64,000 nucleotides of DNA from a virus. The stretch lies in IMG/VR virus record IMGVR_UViG_3300005471_000012, positions 27,149-91,148 of that record; one strand, given 5' to 3'. This document shows positions 17,736 to 26,000 of the stretch, in pieces. The stretch's first letter is position 1. The number at the start of each line of letters is the position of its first letter. A model generated the notes under the pieces. It searched no databases. It was not told the DNA's origin and saw only the letters and a list, made by a program, of their open reading frames with translations. A program made the position numbers and the translations under genes.

Positions 17736-17976
17736 CGGGCGCCCGTGCGCGGGGCTGAGCGGGCCGGTGCCGAGCCGGCGCCGGCAGGTACCCGGGCATA
17801 CGGAAAGCCCGCCGATCGACCGCGTACGGCCAGATCAGCGGGCTAGTTCCGGGCGGATGATCAGTTTCTGCCCGCGGTGCGCCGCATCTCGCGCGGCAGG
17901 GTGAGCGACACGAGCCACACGACAGGCCACATGGCCGCGCAGAATGCGGCCAGCAGCCGGCCCGGCTTGTCCGGGC

Positions 17977-18279
17977 TCACGCTTCGGCGCTCTTGGCGAA
18001 CCGCGCGGCCAGCCATGCCGTGTCCGCCTGGGCGAGCTGCGACCAGGCTAGGTAATCGGCGGGGTCGCCGGTAGCCTGCCAGCGGAGAAACATGGCGTGC
18101 TCGGCGTGGCGGGCCCTGATCGAGTCGGCCAGCAGGTTACGGGCCTGCTTTCGCGAGATGCGCCGGCGTCCGATGTACGGCCGTGCGGTCGCCTCCCGGG
18201 CGGCGTCGCCGGCAGGCGCGTATGCTTGGGCGTGGCGCCCGCGGCGGCCTGCGATCACCGGGCTTGGGCTGGTGGTCAT
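17977..18279 (-). CDS. hypothetical protein
   Basis: GAAAGGA RBS before MTTSP. Confidence 0.5.
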   Translation of the reverse strand: MTTSPSPVIAGRRGRHAQAYAPAGDAAREATARPYIGRRRISRKQARNLLADSIRARHAEHAMFLRWQATGDPADYLAWSQLAQADTAWLAARFAKSAEA

Positions 18280-18377
18280 GGGTCTGGTCCTTTCATCCTT
18301 GGCTAGGATTCCGATCGGCCGGCCTGGCCGTCGCGGCGCCGTCCCGGCAGGACCGGGGCGGCACCGTGACAGCCCGC

Positions 18378-18629
18378 CTAGCGGCTGAGCCGCTTGTCGC
18401 GCTGCTCGTTGTTCTCGCACCGCCAGATGTGGCCGTCCGGGGTTGGCACCCGGACTAGCCGTTTCCCGACGTCGCCGGCCTGGACGTAGCCGATCACGTC
18501 GCCAACGGGGATCAGGCCCTCGGTCGTGCGGATGCGGAGCTTGCCGACGTCATCCGCCGTGATCGTGTAGAACACCCGCTCGGCAGGCCGGGGCTCGGCC
18601 TCGGGCTCGGGCTTGAATATTTCCCGCAT
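18378..18629 (-). CDS. hypothetical protein with an internal repeat (DDVGK/GDVGK)
   Basis: GGAAGGA RBS. Confidence 0.65.
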   Translation of the reverse strand: MREIFKPEPEAEPRPAERVFYTITADDVGKLRIRTTEGLIPVGDVIGYVQAGDVGKRLVRVPTPDGHIWRCENNEQRDKRLSR

Positions 18630-18676
18630 GGTCTCTCTGTCCTTCCGTGCCGTGGTGCGGTCGGGATGCCGGGCGG

Positions 18677-18862
18677 TTACCGGCTGTACTTGAGATAGTG
18701 GGCGGGCTTCTCGCCCGTGGTGACCTTGCGGATTGCCGCGTCAATCTCGGCGCGGTTCTCCTGAATGAACTTGCGCATCGACAGGCCCGACGACTGCCAC
18801 CAGTCGTAAAGCCCTTCATCGTTGTTAATCCAGCCCTCCCGGCTGTCGCCACCTCGCGGCAT
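18677..18862 (-). CDS. conserved small phage protein
   Basis: WI.NDEGLY.WW..S..SMR.FI.ENR.EID motif; GAAAGGA RBS. Confidence 0.7.
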   Translation of the reverse strand: MPRGGDSREGWINNDEGLYDWWQSSGLSMRKFIQENRAEIDAAIRKVTTGEKPAHYLKYSR

Positions 18863-18885
18863 CGCTGGCCGTCCTTTCACGCTGG

Positions 18886-18953
18886 CACCCTGCCAGTCAT
18901 CAGCGCGGGTAGGGTGAGGTTCCCGCGGACGCCGGGCGGGCCGGCGTTTCGGC
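18886..18953 (-). ncRNA. type II hammerhead ribozyme HH1
   Basis: GCC-GAAA-CGCCGG-loop-CCGGCG-UC/-CGCGGG-AACCUCACCCUA-CCCGCG-CUGAUGA-CU-GGC-AGGGUG; loop I CACCCU can pair with tail AGGGUG. Confidence 0.85.
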
Positions 18954-19484
18954 TTAGCGCCCGGGCAGGTAGCGCCTGACCATGTCAAGGAATCCGGCGG
19001 GCAGCTCCCGGACCAGCCACGCCGAGCCGTAGCGGTAGCCGGTGACCGGGCACGGCGGCGTTAGGTCCAGGCTCGGCACCGTGCGGCCGTAGCCGTCCGT
19101 TTCCATGACTGGCGCCACGTGATCGCAGCCGGCCGTCATGCCGTTCAGGTGCCATCCGGCCAGCTTGACTAGCGCGGTTGCCTTGCCGGCGTCGAATCCG
19201 GGCGCGTACCCGGTTAGCTCGGCCAGCGGTTCCACAGTCGCGCCGCCTGACACAATGTCGCGCCAGTCCGGGTGCCAGACTGCGGTTGTGATGGAGAAAT
19301 CCAGCGGCCGCCGCACTTTGCGATGGTCGGTCGTCTCGTATTCGTCGCGCCGGTCCAGGCGTTCCATCGTGACCGTCACGGTAACGCGGAGATTCCGCTT
19401 GTATCCGTAGCCGGTGCCGGGCACCGTGCCCACGTAGACATCCTCACGGCTGAGCGCAATCTCGCCGTTTAGCCCTCTGGTCAT
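18954..19484 (-). CDS. hypothetical protein
   Basis: WHLNGM.AGC.H...CPVTGY.YG.AWL motif; GAAAGGA RBS. Confidence 0.7.
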   Translation of the reverse strand: MTRGLNGEIALSREDVYVGTVPGTGYGYKRNLRVTVTVTMERLDRRDEYETTDHRKVRRPLDFSITTAVWHPDWRDIVSGGATVEPLAELTGYAPGFDAGKATALVKLAGWHLNGMTAGCDHVAPVMETDGYGRTVPSLDLTPPCPVTGYRYGSAWLVRELPAGFLDMVRRYLPGR

Positions 19485-19530
19485 TTCGTGATCCTTTCCC
19501 GTGCCTGTCTGGGCTGGCTGCCGCTAGCTG

Positions 19531-19713
19531 TTACCCGGCGCTCTCGGTGATGCCGTATTCGCCGATCGTGTTCCCGTTGCCGTCAAGGATCTTGCCTGAG
19601 CCGTGGCCGGCCCGGATGCGCCGCGAGACGTTAGCGACGTAATCCGCCACGGCATCGGGCCCCGATTCGGCCGCCTCGGCATTGTCCAGGTTCATCGTCA
19701 GAGTGAAGATCAT
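19531..19713 (-). CDS. conserved small phage protein
   Basis: F.L.M..DNA.....G.I.D.NGNTIG.Y motif; GGAGG RBS. Confidence 0.7.
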   Translation of the reverse strand: MIFTLTMNLDNAEAAESGPDAVADYVANVSRRIRAGHGSGKILDGNGNTIGEYGITESAG

Positions 19714-19735
19714 TTTCGTCCGGCCTCCGGTCGTT

Positions 19736-19800
19736 TGCCCTGCCTTCGTCAGTGCCAGGCGGGCAGTCCTGGCAGACACCCGCGCGGCGGGTGTTTCGGC
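19736..19800 (-). ncRNA. type II hammerhead ribozyme HH2
   Basis: GCC-GAAA-CACCCG-loop-CGGGUG-UC/-UGCCAGG-ACUGCCCG-CCUGGCA-CUGACGA-A-GGC-A-GGGCA; loop I UGCCC can pair with tail GGGCA. Confidence 0.88.
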
Positions 19801-20100
19801 TCAGCCCTCGGCCGGGAAGCAGTCCGCATAGGTGAATTCGGAAGCCTCGGACTTCCACGGAATGTCTATCGTGTCGTCGCCGGACTCGATTGAGGCTTCG
19901 AAGTCGGTCACGTTTGAGAAGTCGCCGGCGTGCGTGTCAAGCCACGCCTGCACCGATTCGCGCGTGATCTTGCCATCGCCGTGCTGGCGCACGTTGTCAA
20001 CGTCATGCCCGCTTAGCTCGTACGTCTGGGCAGCGGTAACGCTCGCCATCCATATGGTCCCGATCACCCGGATAACCGACTTGCGGACCGTGTAGCGCAT
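19801..20100 (-). CDS. hypothetical protein
   Basis: GGAAGG RBS before MRYTV. Confidence 0.65.
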   Translation of the reverse strand: MRYTVRKSVIRVIGTIWMASVTAAQTYELSGHDVDNVRQHGDGKITRESVQAWLDTHAGDFSNVTDFEASIESGDDTIDIPWKSEASEFTYADCFPAEG

Positions 20101-20169
20101 CGTCTTGCCTTCCGTTCGGTTGCCGCTAGAAACTCCGCACCGCGCGCCGTGGCGCGCGATACGCAACCG

Positions 20170-20592
20170 CTAGGGCGTGCTGTCCTCTGCGGCGAACATT
20201 CCAAGCCGCTCATACTCGGCGGCCAGCCATTCCGCCTCGGCCGCGCTGTACTCCGCCTCGCGGGAAGAGTCGCCTGCATACTCGGAAGCCTCGCCGCGCA
20301 ATGCGAACGACTCGCCAGCGGCGGACAGGAACGATGCGAGCGCCCGTGCCATCTCGGCGTGACCGGCGGGCCGGCCCTGGGGTGACCTGAGGTCGGACCC
20401 TTCGAGCACTGTCCGCCCGTCGGCCACGACCAGGTAATCCCATCCGTTGCCGGCGTACGCCTTGCCTACGGTGCCGCCACCGTGCGCCGACAGGTAGAGC
20501 GAGATCTCGCCGGCGCCGGCCATGATCGGCGGTACCTCTACCGCGTACTCATGCTCGCTAGCGTCGTATCCGTAGATTTGCTGTCCGGTCAT
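20170..20592 (-). CDS. hypothetical protein
   Basis: GCAACGGAGG leader; GGGTVG.AY.G.W.Y motif. Confidence 0.65.
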   Translation of the reverse strand: MTGQQIYGYDASEHEYAVEVPPIMAGAGEISLYLSAHGGGTVGKAYAGNGWDYLVVADGRTVLEGSDLRSPQGRPAGHAEMARALASFLSAAGESFALRGEASEYAGDSSREAEYSAAEAEWLAAEYERLGMFAAEDSTP

Positions 20593-20622
20593 GACATCCT
20601 CCGTTGCTCTGCCTATATCGCC

Positions 20623-20651
20623 ATGATACACGGTTAGGCGAATGGCGTCTA
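20623..20651 (-). promoter_or_regulatory. promoter P4
   Basis: TAGACG-ccattcgcctaaccgtg-TATCAT. Confidence 0.7.
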
Positions 20652-20843
20652 GTTGTTAGGCGTGGTGACCAGCCATCGCGCGGCATCGTCGCGCGTGACC
20701 TCATGTAGCCGGCTGTTGCCGTCCGTCACTGTGAGGCGCCGGCCGTGCGCATGCACCGCGGCAACAGTGACAGGCCCGTGAGCTGCCGTCTCGACAGTCG
20801 CGCCTATCGCCGGCTGCCGGACGCGGCGGGTACGTGCTGCCAT
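20649..20843 (-). CDS. hypothetical small beta protein
   Basis: CGGAG RBS. Confidence 0.55.
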   Translation of the reverse strand: MAARTRRVRQPAIGATVETAAHGPVTVAAVHAHGRRLTVTDGNSRLHEVTRDDAARWLVTTPNN

Positions 20844-20902
20844 GCTGATCACTCCGTTTCGCTGGTCTCGAACGGGCCGGACTGTCCGGCCGGCCCGGTA
20901 GC

Positions 20903-21208
20903 TCAGCCGCGCGGCTGGATCGCGGCGTGATTCTTCCGGTAGGTGAACGCGCGGAAACGCACGATCGGCGGATCATCATCTGTCGCGACAGATGAGCCGG
21001 ACACGGTCTCAACTGACACGTACCCGGTAACAGTCTTGCCGTGCACCTCCACTGCGGCGGGAACACTAAAATACGTGTCCGCCGTTGCCGCTATGCGCTT
21101 GAGCGCGCGAACCTTACCGTCAGCGCATTCCGCCCGCCCGCCCGTGAAAACATCCCACATGCCGCCGGTAGTGAGACTTGTACCGTTCGCATACTGCCTG
21201 ATTCCCAT
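20903..21208 (-). CDS. conserved phage hypothetical protein
   Basis: C.DGK.R.....ADT.FSVPA.V...GKTV.GY motif; GGAGG RBS. Confidence 0.7.
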   Translation of the reverse strand: MGIRQYANGTSLTTGGMWDVFTGGRAECADGKVRALKRIAATADTYFSVPAAVEVHGKTVTGYVSVETVSGSSVATDDDPPIVRFRAFTYRKNHAAIQPRG

Positions 21209-21283
21209 TGCCCTAACCTCCGGTTGCGTTGCCCGTAATGATCAGTCCGGCCACGTGCCAGCGTTCAGAACGCGGCCGGGAGC

Positions 21284-21550
21284 TCACGGCGAGACGGATG
21301 CGCTATCCGGCAGGTACTGACGTACGCGATTGATGAAAACGCGGTGCGCTTCGGCCTGGTCGGCGAAGATCTTTGCCGGCCACCTCGGGTCGGTTTCGTC
21401 GCCGTGTGCCGTGACGTTGCGAGAGCTGATCTGCACTAGCGCGCGGCCATCGGGATGCACCGCGTAAAAGATCCGCGCGGAACCTCCGCCAGTGTGATCC
21501 TCGAACACGCCAAGGATCTTGAATCCTTGTATCCGCTGGTATTGCTCCAC
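21284..21550 (-). CDS. hypothetical protein
   Basis: GCAACGGAGG leader. Confidence 0.65.
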   Translation of the reverse strand: MEQYQRIQGFKILGVFEDHTGGGSARIFYAVHPDGRALVQISSRNVTAHGDETDPRWPAKIFADQAEAHRVFINRVRQYLPDSASVSP

Positions 21551-21646
21551 TGCTCTGACCTCCGTTGCCCTGTACCTCGCACCGTACGGTCGGACGGTGC
21601 GCCATGGCCGGCGCCAGACTGGGGAGGCTGGCGCCCGCCATGATCA
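21551..21646 (-). repeat. two-hairpin leader element A, copy 1
   Basis: ~48 nt shared with 21977-22070 with 3 differences, plus a CATG-closed variable hairpin. Confidence 0.8.
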
Positions 21647-21976
21647 GCTTGTGATTTTCCAGAACGATACGGCGTGACGTTCGCCGCCGAGATTGCTGCC
21701 GCACACATCGCAGGCGGACCAGCTGAACGACTCTGTCTCGCAGTCGCACTCGCTGCCAGCCTCGCCGGCCGTCTGGCCGTCAAAGTCGTCCGTGCATGAG
21801 TGCTCGCTGCGGAGTAGCCCTAGCGTGATCCTGTAGCCGGCGTTGCGCGTGTCAATCTCTGCCTGCCAGGCGGTAACGTGCGCCGCGCTCCAATCGGCCG
21901 GCGTCTCGCCGTTTGCCAGCAAAAACAGGCAGTCCGTGCACGCCCAACCGCTGCACGTGTACTCATCTGTTGCCAT
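21644..21976 (-). CDS. Cys-rich protein (CxDC...FSW..CD.CG..L.G.RH)
   Basis: GCAACGGAGG leader; Zn-binding motifs. Confidence 0.7.
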   Translation of the reverse strand: MATDEYTCSGWACTDCLFLLANGETPADWSAAHVTAWQAEIDTRNAGYRITLGLLRSEHSCTDDFDGQTAGEAGSECDCETESFSWSACDVCGSNLGGERHAVSFWKITS

Positions 21977-22070
21977 TGCCTTACCTCCGTTGCCCTGCAC
22001 TCGCACCGTACGGTCGCACGGTGCGCCATGAAGCGCGGCAGGCCTGCCGGACTGTCACGCAACATGATCA
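21977..22070 (-). repeat. two-hairpin leader element A, copy 2
   Basis: Matches copy 1 at 21551-21646. Confidence 0.8.
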
Positions 22071-22073
22071 GCG

Positions 22074-22358
22074 TTAGGCGTTCGGGTTGGGGCCCGTCCG
22101 CCATGCGTAGGCCGGCGAGATACGGCCAATGCCGGCCCGGTAGTGATGCTTGGAACGCGGCACGATGCGAGCGGCATAGTTGCCGGCGATGACCTCGCCG
22201 CGCCGGTAGGCACCGCGCGTTGCCGTGACCTTAACGGTGATACTGCCGGACAGTTCGTGTCCGGCAGCTCCGGCAACTACCTCGGTAACCTTTACCGGCA
22301 CCATGCCGTTACGCATCGTGTCGATATACGCCAACTCGCCTGCATAGTGGTCAGTCAT
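22074..22358 (-). CDS. hypothetical protein
   Basis: GCAACGGAGG leader; VTATRGAY.RGE motif. Confidence 0.7.
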   Translation of the reverse strand: MTDHYAGELAYIDTMRNGMVPVKVTEVVAGAAGHELSGSITVKVTATRGAYRRGEVIAGNYAARIVPRSKHHYRAGIGRISPAYAWRTGPNPNA

Positions 22359-22425
22359 TGCCCTACCTCCGTTGCGTTGCCGTATCGATCACGGCCGGCA
22401 CGTGCGAGACGTGCCGGCGAGTCCG

Positions 22426-22725
22426 CTACGCCGACTCTGAGCAGTCATCCTCAGCGCACGACGTAACCCACCAGGCGGTAGGTATGTCATGCGCCGAGTC
22501 GGGGTTCGTCGCCGTGTAGACCAGGAAGTCCTGACCTGCCGTTGCGCCGTGAATCGCAGTGTGCGCTTCGAGGTACTGTTCGTCCGTGCCGTCATCCCAT
22601 GCGCGCTCAAGATCCTCACGCAGAGCTGACAGCGCATCGGACCAATCCGCGTACGGGTAGCCCGCATCATCCGACTCGGGCAGGTAGCCTGCCACGTTGT
22701 GGCCAGCGTGCCAGTGCATCGCCAT
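22426..22725 (-). CDS. hypothetical acidic protein, first gene of the leftward array
   Basis: W.AG.N..GYLPE motif; GCAACGGAGG leader. Confidence 0.7.
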   Translation of the reverse strand: MAMHWHAGHNVAGYLPESDDAGYPYADWSDALSALREDLERAWDDGTDEQYLEAHTAIHGATAGQDFLVYTATNPDSAHDIPTAWWVTSCAEDDCSESA

Positions 22726-22757
22726 TGCCTTACCTCCGTTGCTTGCCGATACTCGGC

Positions 22758-22786
22758 ACGATACAGCATCATGCGAACGCTGTCTA
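22758..22786 (-). promoter_or_regulatory. promoter P5 at the head of the leftward array
   Basis: TAGACA-gcgttcgcatgatgctg-TATCGT. Confidence 0.75.
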
Positions 22787-23068
22787 GCTATCTGGCGAGG
22801 CAACGTGCGGACGCTGCCGGCCTGGCAGGCAGGTACGGATGCGCAGGGCACAAGGCTTGACCCCCCCCTCGGGGGGTCCCCAATCGCCCGAAGTCGCATA
22901 GGCGAATGCAGAAACCCCGGCTAGCCCGGTCCCTGACGAGCCTCGCGCGCGCGTGCGAGTGGCATTTCGTCCCGGTTTGATTCCCCCTGATTTTTTTGGT
23001 GGCAGTCAGCTGCCGCGCGAGTGGCGGCTGACTGCCGCTGAACGCCGACCTACCGGGGCGGGGGTTGC

Positions 23069-26000
23069 ATGCCGGCCGCCGAGATGACCGCCCGTACCCG
23101 CGAGATCATGCGCGCGCTGAAGTCAACGGCGCAGCCGGGCTCGCAGAGCGGCGGGTTCGGCGCCGTGACGGGCCCGTCTATCTCGCCCGGGCCGAGCCCG
23201 CTGGTCATGTCGTACGGCGAATGGACGTCCGGGCGGGCATCAGGCACCAGGTATTCCCTGCCCCGTGACCCTGAGACGTTCCTGTCGGGCATGTTCGGGC
23301 CGCTCGCGCCTATTCAGACCATCCCGATCGACGTGCCCCGCGAGGGCGAGGAACGGCCCGAGCCGCGGCGGTGGCAGTACCCGGTCGGCTGGAACATGCC
23401 GATGGGCATGCCCGGCACCGAGGGGATCGGGAAACTCGCCGATTTCCAGACGCTGCGCACGATCGCCGACCTCTACTCGGTGGCCAGGGCCTGCATCGAA
23501 CTGCGGAAAGCCGAGCTACGGGGGGTCGGCTGGGACATCGTGCTGACGAAGCAGGCGGCTAAGGCGCTGCGCGGCGACCACAAGGGGATGGCCGACTTCG
23601 CGAAGAGGCGCGCCGAGGCGGTGCGGTGGTGGCGGCGTCCCGACCACGATTACGCCGATTTCAGCACTTGGTTCGATGCGCTGCTGGAAGAGGTGTTCGT
23701 CACCGACGCGCTGGCGCTGTACGCGCAGCCGTCGCTCGGCACCCGCAAGGGACTGCTGGGCAGCAGCCTGGCCGCCCTCGACCTCATCGACGGGACGCTG
23801 ATCAAGCCGCTCGTTGACATCCGGGGCAGCAGGCCGCAGCCGCCGAATCCTAGCTACCAGCAGTTCTCCTACGGGGTTCCGCGCGTCGACCTGATGACGC
23901 TGCTCACCCACCATGAGACCCCCGATGAGCGGGAACTGGTCGCCGAGTACCGCGGCGACCAGCTGTTCTACCTGCCCTACAGCCAGCGGACGTGGACGCC
24001 GTACGGGATGGCGCCGATCGAGCGGGCGATCATCCCGATCATGGCGGGGCTGAACAAGCAGGCCTACCAGCTGAATTTCTTCCAGGAAGGCAGCATTCCG
24101 GGCCTGTTCGTGTCACCGGGCGACATGAACATGACCCCCAGCCAGATCCGCGAGCTGCAGGACGCCCTGAACGCGCTGGCGGGGGACCAGTCGTGGAAAC
24201 ACAAGATCATCGTGCTGCCGGGCGGCAGCAAGGTTGACCCGCAGAAGCCCGCGGCGCTCGCCGACCAGTTCGACGACGTGATCATGGCGCAGACCTGCAT
24301 GGCCTTCGGGGTCATGCCGATGGAGCTGGGCATTTCGCCGCAGGTCAGTTCAAGTCAGTCATCTGCGGCAGCTAACCAGATGGCCAAAGCCAGCCAGGAC
24401 ATCCAGGAACGCAAGTCAACCGTCCCGCTGCTGCTGTGGCTCAAGACCGCGATCTTCGACCGGATCCTGCAGGGCGTCTGCGGCCAGGCAGACATGGAAT
24501 GGCAGTTCGAGGGCCTCGAAGAGGACGAGGACGCCGAGACGGTCACCAGCCTGCTGGTGCAGCAGGTCGGCACCGGCATGCGGTCGATCGACGAGGCCCG
24601 GCAGGAACTTGGCCTGGACCCGTGGAACCTGCCGGTCACCTCCGATCCGGGCTGGTCGACCGAGCGGACCGGGTTCGTGTCTTTCACGGCGACCGGGGCG
24701 TTCCCGACCGCGGGCGGCGCTTCGCAGGGCGACACGCAAACCGACAGCCAGTCTGGCTCGGTGGCGCTGCCTGCCGCCGATCCGCGGCAGGCGATCACCG
24801 CGCCGAAACCACCCGATGACGGCAAGCCGTCCACGCCGGCGCATTCCGCGGCGCATGCCACCCCCGACGCGACCCGGAGCAAGCCGGCATCCGGCAACGG
24901 CCGCGCCGGGAAAGCCGCGAGCCTCGGCCAGTGGCGAGCCCGCGACATCCCCGCGCATGTCATGGCGATCATGGCCGAGGACCTGGGCAAGGGGCTGACC
25001 GCCGATGAGGTGTGCGCCAGCGTCCGGCCGCTGCTCGCCGGCAGCAAGCCGGCGCTCCGCGAACTGGGCCTGATCCGCTCATGGCTGCGCAAGTCGCACA
25101 CGAATGTGACAACCCGGCACGGGCACGGCGACCAGACCCACGAGGTGTACGCCTACCTCGGGCGGCACTACCCGGCGTCGGTACTCGAATGGGTCAAGGA
25201 AGCCCGCTGGGACGAGCCGAGAAAAGTGGCACTGTCGAAAATCGACATGGCACGCCGTCCGGGTGGCGCCCGCGACGAGCAGAAAGTTGCCCTGATCGCC
25301 GCCGCGATCAGGGCAGGCGTGCACCTGCCCCCGGTCGTCCTGGTGAACGTGCCCGGCAAGAACCTGTACGAGATCGCCGACGGATGGCATCGCACCCTGG
25401 CCATCAAGCACGCAGGCGGCAAGACGGCACTGGCATGGGTCGGCAAAGCCGGCGCGAAAACCGGGCCCTGGGACGGCGAGATGAACCGGGCCAAGCTGAA
25501 CAAGGCCGCCGGGGGTGGTGCCGGCCCAAAAGCGGGTAACCCGGCCTGGGACCACGACCAGGTCCTGGCCGCCGAGTTCGCCCGTCAGCTGGCGCGTGGC
25601 CTGCAAGCCTCGGTGCACGCCGGGCCGTTCGCGCACGCGTGGCTGCAAGCCCGCCGGCAAGGCGCAAGCGCGCCGCAGGCCAGCCCAGCGGTCCGGGCGG
25701 CCGTCAGGCACGCTCTGGCGAGCGTGCTGTACGCCCTGTGGGCACGGGCCTGGGGCCTGGGCTGGCGGGCCGCGCTGACCCTGCTTGCCGCGCAGCTGCG
25801 TCGTTTGCTGACCGGTGACCCCGGCGTATCTGCCCGGGGGCTGCGGCAGTTGCTCTTGCAAGCCGAACAGCGCATCGGCGCGATGACGCAAACCCGCATC
25901 GGCCGCCTGGAAAGGCTGCTCGGCGAAACCCCGGAAAACATCAGCGCCGCTGAGCTGGCCTCGCTGATCGACGCCGAGCTCGGCTCGTTTGACGCGGCGC

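Noticed and set aside
21209-22760. CRISPR array or integron attC cassettes
   Set aside because: The repeats are separated by whole genes; no cas or tyrosine integrase gene is present; no RYYYAAC/GTTRRRY attC boxes
22905-22945. Third hammerhead on the plus strand (GAAAC...GTC.CTGACGA)
   Set aside because: Only one base lies between GUC and CUGACGA, so stem I cannot form
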